A DNA stretch of 64,000 bases from Auanema rhodensis (taxonomy: Eukaryota; Animalia; Nematoda): positions 7,316,001 through 7,380,000 of the forward strand of contig OZ059897.1 in assembly GCA_964057225.1 (NCBI GenBank). Direction: 5' to 3'. The notes below the pieces were generated by a model. That model was not told the DNA's origin. It saw nothing but the letters and a program-made list of their open reading frames with translations, and ran no database searches. This document shows positions 27,901 to 40,085 of this stretch, piece by piece. A program made the position numbers and the translations under genes. Each line of letters begins with the position of its first letter. Within the stretch, counting starts at the first letter, position 1.

Positions 27901-30900
27901 CCTTGCGTTAGAAGGAAGCAAAGACTTAAGGACAACAAATTCAGATAGACAACGTAAGTTTTCATTGAGGTATCTGATGTTATCAACGTTTGACTTGTTT
28001 CCTTTTTGTCTCTCCAAATTCAACTTTCCTCGTCTCGTTTACTCTCTTTTTCCATCCTCTCACACTGCTTCCCGCCGCCATTTTCTCGTTTTTAAAGAGT
28101 TTTCAACGCATTGTTAACATAAACGATTAGTTGAATAAGTAAGGATTGTAAAAGACGTTTTGTCGACGAATATTGGTAAATCAACATCAAATTTCAGTTG
28201 AGACGATAAAAAGGGAAGGGGGGGGAGGTTGCCAATTTCTCGCCTTTCTATTGTATCCGTTGTTTACTGATGAGCAAAAACTCCATATGATCGGGATAAG
28301 CAATTCGTAAGTCACAAGGTAATGAAATCAAAATCAGAAATCAAAAAAACAGAAGAAGAAGACGAAGAGGAAGAATTGAAAATGAAAGAGAACATCACCT
28401 TTGGTGCCATCTCGTCGGGAGCATGCTTGCTCAGCACGAGAGTAACTCGTGCATTCCATGATTGAGCCCATTCGGTCAACTGATTTGCAAAGATAACATC
28501 ATCTACTGTGCGTACACAATAAAGCAAGCAGATCCGACGAAGAGCAGAGTTGGAATTGTCTTCCGACAGTAAATGGTCCACAATTCGTACAAATGGTGCG
28601 ATTCCGGTTCCGGCTGCAGCAATGAGTAGGTGAGAAGCCTGAAAATGATGATGCAATAGAGTTGAAAGATCTCGAGAGATTTTCAGCAAGAGTATATGAG
28701 CAACGAAGCACTCCAAATACTCCAAAACGTCTCATGAGTATATCTTGGAGCACAACATAAGGTCAAATACATAAACCAGCACATATATCATTAAAATACA
28801 AACACATTTTGCTATATCGTAGTCAAAAAGAAAAATAAACAAGTGATTCAAAAGAAAATTCAAATGTAAATTGAAAATAAGAGCACAAGCTTTATGATGC
28901 TTTGAATTTTCATACACCAGCCTCATGAGCAGCTCTGAGAGCATTAAATGTAAATAGACTGTTTTCATTTGTTTTTTTGGCCCCTCATGTTTTGGCCTTC
29001 TGTCCATCATCATCAAGATTTCTTTATCTTTTCAATGCTTGATAAGAAAAGTCATGAGAATGAAAAGCTAATAAAGATTGAATTTCAAGAACTATTCCGT
29101 GTATATAGCCCATTCACTAGATACATACATCGACTGGCTCATGATTACGCATTCCACGTGAACGTCATTCTACACGAAGCAAGGGGTTGGGAGGGAGGGG
29201 GGCACAATTCGGCTGCTTTTTCATCTTTGTTACCGAATTTTCTTGTGTCATATTATCAAATCAAATGAGTAAAGTAGGAATAACATACGTTTTTCCAATC
29301 TTCTTCTTCAGTATACGGACCACGACACTCAATCATATCGCCGACTTGCCAATGACGAACTTGTGCTGATAATTGTCCATCCTTATAAACCTTAAAGGAT
29401 ATTTCGTTTAAAAATTAAACAGATGCTTGATAGTATTAAAGATTAATTCCCAACTCTTGGGCAGCTGCTACCTAGTCTCTGTTTATCTGTCTAGTTTCTC
29501 ATCACTTATCATCATGTTGTGGTCATTTGTGAATTTATCTGTTTTTTTTTGTTTTTTTTTAATAAAAAACAAAAATAAAAACATATTTCTTCTTCTTTTT
29601 CTTCAGAAAAAATATATAAACACGTATGATATGAGCATGTACATGTTGTTAAGTTGGCAAAAAAAGGTTTCAAGTATGTGTATACGCATGTTTGTACATG
29701 CTGAAGCTTTACCTCAACTCTCTAAATCATCATCACCCGTGACAACATCACTCAATTTCTCTTTCAATATTCATAATTTACCTTTATGGGAACTTCGAAA
29801 AATTCTTTTTCAACCCTTGTCGGAGTATACTGACGCGAAATGTAGTGATCATTCAAATTTAACCTACAAAAAAAATTATTTTAGCTGAAAATTTATTCTT
29901 TTTTTTTAATTTATTTATAATTCAAATTATTTTGTTTATGCACAGTTGCTAGTTCCTGAAAAAAAAGATTCAATTTGAAGACAGAAAAATTATTTTTTGA
30001 ATACAATCATAATAGAAATCTTTATTCTTATTTAGATAAATTATGAAGAAAAGTGCGCAGATGAAGATGGTAATACGGAGGAAAATAACATGAATTCTAG
30101 ATATTATTCTGCGTTAACTAGACAAATATTCAGATTAACTCATCTGAAATGTCTGAAATTTGATTTTCAGCATTAAAAAAGAAATGAAATTTGAGAATAA
30201 TTGAAGGTAGACGAACAACGAGACACTTTGTTTGCCCAAACTTCGTTCTATTGGCTTATTTTGGAGATCGTGAAGAAAAAATGCATAGGTCTAGGTGGAG
30301 GATGAGGGTGTTGGCAGAAAAAATTATTTAAAATAGTTTCTATCCTCTATTACTATGAATTACATAGTAATCATAAGGATATATCCCACAAGAGGCAAAT
30401 ATGGCTTTAAGAATGGACCAATAATTGGAGTCATTAGAATGTAATCAACAATCATCCAGTAAGCTTTAAATTGTAATCGACCCCATGATGGGAAAAAGCG
30501 GACATTCGTGTATGAGACATCAACTTTTCCCTGCTCCATACGCTTACGAGCCTGCTCAACCTGAAACAGTGAGATTATTTGAAGCTTAACTTAGTAATAC
30601 AGTATGTAAGAAAATACTCAAGAATTCGTCAAGTACAAACCTTTTGGAAGTTGCAGGTGCCATTGTTATCAGTGAAATGAAATCCGAATCTTCCAAGTTG
30701 CATTAGTTTAGATCCTCCATCAGTTTCACAATCAAGTTGGATGATATATGGAGGATTTTCTTGAGCAGTATACATCCATTCCCATGAGTGAGCAATTCTA
30801 TAAAAAATAAAGATAAATATATGAAATATATAGTTAATAATAGTTTGATATTTGATGATCCCCCCCCCCTCCCCTGTCTTTTTCTCTCTCTTTCTTTGTA

Positions 30901-33900
30901 GTTTGTACAAACAACATAGCCCAACTTAAAGAACTGAGACTTGTAGTTGTGAAATTTAACTGGCATACTTAGGTTAATAGACACTCACAAAACCAGAATA
31001 TAAAACTAAAAAAACATCGAAAAAAAATAAGACGTAATAATAGATTTAGAAAATACTTAAAAAGAAATTATAATGTGTGATTACACACTTCATCTCTTAA
31101 AAATGAACAAAAAACATGTAGCTAAGATAAGAAAATGAAAACACAACCGATCAGCAGGCATTACTATTATAAAATGAAATAATTTGCATAATTATTGTAC
31201 AATCAATCGATATTTGTACAAATAAATAATTTTTAATATTTTCTCCGGAATATCCAGTTTTCATAATATTTCCGTTTTTCTTCTTTATTTTTAATAAGTT
31301 GTCATGAAAATAACTTGCTTGTATCTTGTACTCTAGATGAACTTCATAGCTCATTGAGTAAGGTTAGAGAAGACTAGTGTATAATACGATTTCCAAGTAA
31401 AATATCGTCAAAATACGGTAAAAAACGATATTTAGATTGAAAATAACGAAAAATTGCAAAGTATACTGTATGTCTTCCAAGTGTTTTTCATGTGAAATTT
31501 CAGGAATAAAGAATTGAAGATCTTACTTGTGAGGAATGAATGCACATCGAGGTTTTTCCCAAGTATGGCATTGATGGATCATTACTCCCATATCTGGAGT
31601 ATACCAGTGAGCAAGTTTATCAGAAAGTCGTTCAAAGAATTCCAATGTATCATTGTTGGCACGGATGAAGAAGTTAGCTCCTGAAAATAATAGGAATAAC
31701 TGTTCTCAAATTAGTTCTTTTTTTCTAGTTTTGAGAGAAAGAGAGAGAGAGGATAGAGAGAGATTTCCTTTAAGATTAAAGAATTTCAGAAGTCGAGATG
31801 AAGAAACTATAATTCTTCACCAATTTCCCCAAACCCTCTCTTCTCACCAAACGCATTTTTTTTGAAAATCGTCCAGTTTCCTTCTGAACATTTCAACTAT
31901 TACATACCATAAATAGGCAGAAAATGATGATACATGGAAATAAAAGAAAGAAACTATTGAGAAATAAAAAAAACGACAAAAAACTCTATTTTCTATCTAT
32001 TCATCAGGTATTTTCAAGTTTAACAGCCTTATCTATTTTATATTGAAATGAAAATTCAAGCGTACCGTTTACCCATTCAGCCCTCATGCTGTTCTCATCG
32101 ATACCGATTTGATCAAAGATGGCATCATAAGACATATCATCTTCATATCCCAACTCAAAGAGATTTCTTCTCCAGAATGTATCTTGTTGCATCATCCAGA
32201 AAGATTTTCCTCTTCGAAGTAAAGCAACAGCCAAGTTGGATCGAAGTAAGTAGATTGTCTGATATGGTCCTTCAGCGAAACTGAATGGCTTCTGAAACAT
32301 CATATAGTCTTAATCTGATCACATTTCCGCTAATCTTTAACATTTTCATTAGTTCGCGAGAATTAAATTACTGAATCTTATTGGAATAACTTTCAAACTA
32401 CTTTGAAACAGTGAAATATTAGTATTCCCTTCTCAACTCTATCTAAGTATATTACTGTTTTTCGTTAACTCAATCACATTCCAAACTGTCAATTCTCTGT
32501 AACCTCCTGATTTGTCTAGAATTTCATGTTCTAATTCTGAATGAAATTTCATCACACATGACTGATTTTTCAATAATTCAAATATTATATTCGATGAATA
32601 ATGGTATATATCGAGAATTAACGTCGTCTACATACAGTCGAGCCATCATCATGAATGTCTATAAAAAGAAAAAAGTTTGGGAATGGGCTATGTGTAGACG
32701 ATAGACCTCTGCGAACAAGAGAACGATGATGAGGATGAAATGGATAACTTTCAAATGAACATATACAACATGAGGATGATGACGAACGATGACCTTGCAG
32801 GTTTGACATCCCTCACCTTTCGTCCTCCTAGTACCCTGCATACCATACTCCTGCACCTCATCCCATGCTTTACTCTCTTCGTCCCTCTTAAACTTGGTTT
32901 CGCATCATTTAACACATACGCCTACATTCACAGTCATACTACTCTAAATTTATCGGATTTGCTATTGATCACTTGACCGTCAGACCTTCCGGTAATCCGG
33001 AAAAGAGGAGAAACGTTCTGAAGATAATCGTTTACCAGACGGAATTAGACCAATCTTATCTTCTTTCGCTCCTTCTCTTACTAAATCTCCTTCAAATTTC
33101 CATTCTCTTAAACTCTCTTATAGTATTCTTAGTGGGCTTTCCTCTTAAGTATACGAAATAAGGACAAAAAAATGTTTAAGAAAATCCGAAGAACAATCTT
33201 TGAAGAACAAAAGTAAAATCGAATTTGAAATTGATGATGAATTTGCGTGATTGTCTCTACAAATCAAAAGATCATCTTTCATTTGTTTACGAAAATAAGA
33301 TTGTTCGATTAAATTTAATTAAAGTTGATAATTATGATTTCAATCCGCTTAATTATCGGAATAAATGAGCGAAAACACTTGAAAAAACCCTAAATCAGGA
33401 CACAAATTGTTTTGTGGGCTAAGACTCTGCTGCTTATTATGAACTAGTTTAAACATATTCGAACGAAAAATCGACACTCTTTTCCGGTTTAAACGTTTTT
33501 TTTTGGTAGAGGGGAGGGGGCTTTATCACACTTTATATTAAATATTTTCAGAAGCCAGAAAAAATTTTCCTTAAACAAACAGCAATTAATTTCAAAATCC
33601 CGAACATTCTCAGTTTTTATTTTTATGAAAAAAAAGAAGAAAACTCACATAGAGACTTGGTGTTGGCCAATGGAATTGACGAATTTGTGGCCAAGCTTTC
33701 TTCAATTCATCACGAGCAACTGTATCCAAAGTAACGAAGATGAGACGCTCGTGAACTCCATCGAGAGTGGCGGTGTTACACAAGAAGTTGTATGTCATGT
33801 TGAGAGCATACTGATTCAGAAGTAAAATTGCGGGAGGACGGGTGAATTCGGTATCTAATGTGTGAATGAGGTCTTCAAATTCGGGAGAATTCTCAATCAA

Positions 33901-36284
33901 ACGAATAGCTACGGAATCTCCGTGGCTCTTAACGTAGCGAACGGCGGCAATAGCATTTTGAGTTTTACGGAGAACCAGCAGACCGAATACGAACCAGAAT
34001 CCATAAAAACACAGCATGACAATACGTGAAATCCAGTGCCACTGACGTGGTGAGATCCAAACAACATCTTCAGTTTTACCCACAATTTTCTTCTGTGTAG
34101 TATTCTTAGGTTTCTGTTCTACAGCAGTAGAAGCAGATTTTTCATTCTTTTCACGTTCACTCTTGCTTGTCTGAACGTTACTACCAGCAGTCGAAGGAGA
34201 AATACGATGGCGCAAGCCTGTGCCTGTCGTCATCTGAAACAGACGGCAAATATGAGGATATGTAGAAAGAAGCAAAGCAAAAGTCGTGAAAAAAATGAAA
34301 TAAATGTTAAAACACGGAAAGCTGAAAAATGATTATGCAGGAATGAAATACGATCAGAAAGACAATGAATTAATAAAGAATTCTAATGAAAAATGAATTA
34401 GAAGAAAACAGAATCACATAATTAGGAACACTTATTAGAGCTGACGACTATTTCCGAGCAATACATAACAGCAAAATGACATTTTTTCTAGGAATTGATG
34501 TACAAATGATCTTATTGTTTGATGTTAAACTGTTCGCCAAACCAGTACAACAATTTCGAAGAGGAGGAGCCGAAGTTCATGTTCTATCAATAAGAGTTGG
34601 AAGCATGAAATTGATGAGAAGCAGCTAATGAAGGTGTGTATATGTGCTGACCATCCATGATAAAAATATTATGAACAGAGTAAAAGAGTTAAGTGAATAT
34701 TCTGAGAAAGAGAGAAAGATCGAATGAGAGATTCCTGATTCAGGTGCGAAATGGATGAAAGAAAAACGGTCAAGAAGCGAGACGACCCCTCGACAATACG
34801 TCAAGAAGTACTGATTGCGGTAGATACGAAGACTTGAACGAGAGATAGCAAGTTACGGACATTCTGACGCGTTTTTTTTCTCAAACATTTTCAGAAATAG
34901 TCCGTTCACTGGAATTAGGTTTGAAATGATTGCTGGACGTTGTTCAGAAATGCAGTAAATAGGAAAGGTTGGAAGAGTCTCCAACTGAGATCTGAAAGTC
35001 AGATTGAACATCTGCCTCCGAATTCTGTTCTCAATTTTTGATCAACCAAGTCGAATGAAATGAAAGATATTTCATAAATGATAGAGAATATGCTCGTAAG
35101 GCCAGAAAAATCTCGAAATATCCTATAAAGTAGTTATAAATCGATTTATCGGCTCAATAAAACTTCATCGAATGAACCTCATCGTTGGAACATCAGTCCG
35201 ACCATAGTCAGTAGGAACGATTCTGTTAGATCGATTGATCAGCAGAAGTACATACGCCCGACAAAGTTCAGACGGTAACGCTGACGTAGGCCTTCAACAT
35301 TCTATTCTAGATGAATAGACAACGATAAGTGTAGATGGCAGGCGATTAAGGAATTACTGGATTTTGAGCAGTCGAGTGATATCATCAGGTAAACAGATAC
35401 ATGTTCTCGAATCTCCCATTCTTCCAAGCTCGTCAATCACTTTTGAAAATCATTAACCTTCACATGGTTTAGTATTTTTTTATTTTAAAAAGTTTAAAGG
35501 CATTCGTAAGAAGAAGAAAACTAATGAAACAAACAAAACAAACTATTCAGAGAAACATGGTGCCAATACCAACTTCTACAGAAACTGTACATGTATGTGT
35601 GTGTGTGTGTGTGTGTGTATGTGGTAAACATGTAATATAGATGAGGATGTTTTGGGAAGCGAAAAGAAGTAATAGTTGAACACTTAGAAGAAAAAAAAGA
35701 AGTTCAAGTGAAAGAGAGAGAGAGCAAAAGAGAGAGAGGGACAGAGAGAAAGAGAGAGAGAGACAGGATGGGTAATACTTAGGCAAGAGAAGGAAATAGG
35801 AGAAGACAAGGAACGTATTTCAGGTAGTTTCCGGTTCCTTATGTCTAATTGTGGCGTCTCTGTCTATATATGATTGTCTTCTGTTATGAGCAGGTTGCTT
35901 CATCGAACAATAGCGACCAAGAGAATGTTGGTCATTATTAACAAGTTATCTTTCATAAACATTCTGAGAATGAGACACAGGAAAGAGAAAGAATTTAGGA
36001 TGCTATGCTGCAGGTTGATGATGAAACGAAATGATGATCGAGAGCAGGTTTGAAACATCGAAAGGAAGATTAAGGTAGACGGAAAAGCAAGCACAAAAAT
36101 ATCATAACAGACGTAGATATCAGTCAAGACGTGTATGGCAGTATTAAAGTAAAATCAGTAAAGATAACATCGATAGATCGGCCAAGGCTACCGCAAGTAA
36201 GGCTGGTGTACATTCAACCTTCAGCTATCTCATCCCCCAGGCCACAGGGGGTTGAAAGATAGTAGAGCCTAACGACATGGACAG

Positions 36285-36377
<93 letters not shown>

Positions 36378-39372
36378 AAGAGAAAAGGGAGAAAGAGCGA
36401 AAGGTAGAAGGCAATGATGAAACAGAGAAAAAGAGATTGAAAATGGAAATATAGATAGACAGCCCATAGTTTAGGGCTATGAAGGGAAATAGAGGTCAAC
36501 GTCAGGATGAGTATGACATCAAAGTGTTCCGTGAAAATCTCTAAATAACGAATGTTGAAAGCAAAAAACAGCATGTTTTCAGAAGCAAAAAACCATGTTT
36601 TTATGTGCTCATGGCTAATGCCACGAGAACAAACTAATTAATCTAGTACAATGTGAAGGTATTTCAGAATTGAAGAAGTTGCACAGTTGACGGCAGAAGG
36701 GATTATTGCAAAAAGTGGAGACAGCTAAAGCCTGTAAATGACCCAATTCAGTTCACAAGACCGGCCCAGTGATCCGGCACCCGCATGGTCGGTGGAAATC
36801 GTTGAGTCTCCAAACGTTCAGTGATAATCAGTGCAGCGTAAAAGTGATAAATTATATGCGAACGAGTCTGGCGCTGAATCTCATCCTGGGATGATAAAAT
36901 AGTTCTACTCTTCAAGTTTCAAGCCAAGGATATCGCACTTAAAGATAAAAAGAGAGAATGGACGTCCGAAAAGTTGAATAAGCGTATAATTATGACAAAG
37001 GAGATGAACAGTAGAATGATACTGAATACCATACATTCAAAGAATCTGGAGCAGATCATGACAGCGTTAGAACAATGACTAAAGGATGATTTGCACTAAG
37101 CGATCTGTAAAGGGTCAAAAAGGGACGGCGAGACGGAGGACGGATTGAATCGACAATCATCAAGATGACCTTGCACCCAACCAACTATGTGCTTGGTAAA
37201 GTTAAATTGGCTTGTAATCACGCTTTGTAACAAGAAATCATAGGATTAACCTTCCGATGTTGGGAACTCAAAAATAGCGTGGATGACATATATCAACCTA
37301 GATACAATTCATCAAGCAATTACGCTGAAAACAACAACTTAATGCTACGTTGCTAATATGCTAATATGCTAATTTGATGAACTAAAAATTATGAAAAAGC
37401 GAATTCATTTACACAAGCAATAATCTCTCATGCGGTTGCATTTTACGTTTACATCTTATCTTTTTTCAGCTTATTTTCCAAACATGGCAATTATTAACAT
37501 TTAAAACAACCATTGGATTATACCATGCTCCAAAGCTACGAATTAGCAATGGCGCAAACTACTGATCTATTGCTTAACTATACGGAATAAAGCGTTAGCT
37601 ATAAAGCGCTGTTTTAGTTCAATTTCTTTTTTTTTAAAGCTACTAATCTAATAGACATGAGTCGCCATCAACGACGATATGATGATCGCAGGCATTATCA
37701 ACCCAGGTCTGCTAAACGTGGGGGAGCTGTACCTGATAGGTGAGTAAATATTGTATTTACAACTCCGATTGTTTAATTTTCAGGTGGCTCCATTATGATG
37801 CTGTTGGAAAGGATATAGAAGGAACTAGATTTGTTCCATTTAAGACTCCTCTTCATCCTCATGTTTTCAACAACCCTAACTTGTATGATGATACGTTTCA
37901 TGTAGATATTCTTCTTCAATATGTAAGTTTTCGTTAAGATTGTTAAGTTATATCCATTGTATATAGGCTGCAGAGGCTGGACACTCTATTGGTCTTGTAA
38001 TTGATTTAACTAATACTGATAGATATTATGACAAAACACAATGGGAGAAACACGGAGTGTTGTACGAGTAAGTTGTTTCTGAAGTTAAAACATTGGTTGA
38101 TACACATTGGTTTCAGAAAAGTTCGTTGTCCTGGGCACGAAGTTCACGAAAGAGAAGATGTAGTGGCAAAATTTTTCGCAATTGTAGATAATTATTTCAA
38201 TACACGTAAAGACAGTAAGATTTAAGCTTCGAAACAAGTTTTAAAAAATTTCATTTTTTTCAGCTTCACTTATTGGAGTTCATTGTACACACGGGCTCAA
38301 TAGAACGGGTTATTTGATATGTCGATATTTAATTGAGCGCTTAGGATGGTCCGCTGATCAAGCAATAGCAAGTAAGTTTTCAAAATGCATATATTTTAAA
38401 ATTGTAGTTATGTAGGTTTCGAAGATGCTAGAGGACATCCAATAGAACGACCGCAATACAAAGAGAAGCTTCACGAAGTTGAAGCTCGAAAAGTAATAAT
38501 AGTACAATAGAACAACTAGAGCATATTTTTGAATTTCAGAAAAGTTCTGAGAAATTCGAACAAGTCGAACAAGGTGATGTAGGAAACTGCAATGTAATTG
38601 ATGATAAGGAAGAGGTGAAGTCTAACAATAGTCAAGCTGTACCAGACTTATGATGTCTCTTGTTACAAAAATTGTTGTTATATTGTTGTTTTGTTATGAA
38701 AATCCTACCAGCATTGTTAGAAGAATTGAGTAAAATTAAATATTCTAATTTTGACGGAACTTACGTGAACTAGCATTTTATTTATCAGAGAACTAGCAAC
38801 TGTGCAGGTTGGTTTCACTTTTGAATTTTGAAATATGGTAAATGAGCGCACCTTATTCTTATATGACTAGCGATTGGAATCAGAATTGGCTGTGGAGTTT
38901 TGAGTTTAACAAGCACTGTGTGATCGTTTAGATTTTCAATATGCGCGAGCTCTAATGGTCTGAAATAAAGTATTAGAAAGATCCCCTTAGACTATAAAAC
39001 CTAAATTCAGAAGAAAACCAGTCCTTAGATTCGTTTGTAGGTTCCGAGTCATCGAAAACATGCTCATATAAAGTTTTATCTTCTAAAGCAAGAAAGAAGT
39101 ATTCATAAGACTGTTAATATATACCATGCTTGATAAGTTTACTATATTCTTTTGCCCAGCGAACTACATCATCAAAGTGTATATCGAAAACACATGGTTT
39201 ACATGATTGACCACAACAATCCTGCTCGTTTAAGATAAATATTTGAAAGAGAGAGCAAATAAAAAACCTGAGGAAATGGTTCGTTAGGCTCTTCCTCATA
39301 TGTGTTCCCGCATTCAGTGACATGCTTCCGAACTAGGCGAACAATCTCATCGTCGGCTTTCTTCAGGTTCAT
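18319..39372 (-). CDS. NADH-cytochrome b5 reductase-like protein (CYB5RL-type: N-terminal oxidoreductase-like/OXLD1 Cys domain + FAD- and NAD-binding FNR fold), 9 exons, 335 aa
   Basis: Phase-consistent GT-AG exons: 39372-39268, 39221-39125 ([13 protein letters not shown]), 39082-39001, 38959-38852, 29863-29782 (ISRQYTP, the FAD RxYT motif), 29390-29289 (GQLS...GDMIECRGP), 28638-28399 ([12 protein letters not shown] binding), 26984-26886 (GRLSQEIM), 18411-18319 ([12 protein letters not shown]...RFHS*). They total 1008 nt with no internal stop. Confidence 0.93.
19650..19691 (+). repeat. (TC)n microsatellite
   Basis: Perfect TC run in the last CYB5RL intron. Confidence 0.95.
21235..21315 (+). 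repeat. (AG)n microsatellite
   Basis: About 40 perfect AG units; a further imperfect AG tract lies at ~20960-21035. Confidence 0.95.
24873..24938 (+). repeat. (GA)n microsatellite
   Basis: About 33 perfect GA units. Confidence 0.95.
30360..34233 (-). CDS. Nucleotide-diphospho-sugar transferase family protein (Nucleotid_trans-like, type II membrane), 5 exons, 440 aa, nested on the same strand in CYB5RL intron 4
   Basis: tttcag|ATG at 34233. Exons 34233-33649, 32291-32066, 31680-31527, 30797-30641 and 30560-30360 are all in phase. There is an N-terminal TM segment ([18 protein letters not shown]), then [38 protein letters not shown] and a hydrophobic C-terminus ending YILMITM*. Confidence 0.88.
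36290..36371 (+). repeat. (GA)n microsatellite
   Basis: About 41 perfect GA units. A short (TG)n also lies at ~35595-35618. Confidence 0.95.
37657..38653 (+). CDS. pir-1: RNA 5'-tri/diphosphatase, DUSP11/PIR1 family, 7 exons, nested antisense in CYB5RL intron 4
   Basis: MSRHQRR...VPDRWLHY...[10 protein letters not shown]...[14 protein letters not shown]...VRCPGH...[21 protein letters not shown]...[11 protein letters not shown]. The catalytic [10 protein letters not shown] motif is present. No guanylyltransferase domain follows (stop TGA 38651-38653), so this is not the capping enzyme. Confidence 0.93.
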
Positions 39373-39390
39373 CTAAATTTGGATATTACA

Positions 39391-39907
39391 ATGGCTTGTC
39401 CAAGACATCTAAATAATTTTGAATGTTGCGGAACACTTATAAAATGTCCCTATATAAAGGTAAATATTTGAAAATTTAAATTTGAAAATAGAAATAATTC
39501 TAGGAGCATCATGCTTCACCATTTCATATTGTAAATCACATTTTTCAATGTCGACAATATCATGGTAATACTGAATTGGTGAAGTAAATTGCTATGTTAG
39601 AAAACGAATGTTTATAATGAAAACATTAAGATGTGATTGTAATACAAAACATTTCTTTCCTGAAGCCGAAAGAACGTTTCATGATAAGTATTGCGACAAT
39701 CGAGGGTTTCAAGAGATTTTTAGAATATTATATACAAAACCTGCAACTGATAGTGGTGGAACTTACTTTAAGTTAACTAGAGTTATGATAAACTATTCAG
39801 ATACGGACGACTCTTCCAATATATCTACAGCTGATTTATCAATGGATTCTATGATAGAAGATCAAGGACACAACTTCTTTCTAGATGACTATTGTTCTGA
39901 AGCATAA
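39391..39907 (+). CDS. gtsf-1: Tandem CHHC (U11-48K-type) zinc-finger protein with acidic tail; gametocyte-specific factor 1 homolog
   Basis: ATG 39391; exons 39391-39459, 39504-39583 and 39631-39907 (a possible in-frame 45/48-nt intron ends at 39800). There are two exact C-x5-H-x9-H-x3-C fingers, CPYIKEH-HASPFHIVN-H-IFQ-C and CDCNTKH-FFPEAERTF-H-DKY-C, followed by a D/S-rich tail. This is the GTSF1 architecture. Confidence 0.82.
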
Positions 39908-40085
39908 GGTTACTCAACACGAGATGCGTCAAATGGCTAGTTATTCGGACGTGTCGTTACAGAAAAAAGAAAAAGAACAAGAAAAAAAGAAAAAAATTTA
40001 TTATTAAGCAATTCGCAGAGATCAATCATGTTGCAATCAGTATTGTTATCACCCTTATTACAAGCAGAGCAAAAGAAGCAGTATA

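Noticed and set aside
28969-29268. Plus-strand ORF containing FRVYSPF (looks like an FNR RxYS motif) and the overlapping minus-strand pseudo-exon NDVHVEC...
   Set aside because: The real FAD motif (SRQYTP) is in the minus-strand exon 29863-29782, and the gene model is complete without this segment.
32636-32658. 23-nt minus-strand segment with acceptor and gtatgt donor in intron 1 of the sugar-transferase gene
   Set aside because: Not frame-preserving and not needed; no other support.
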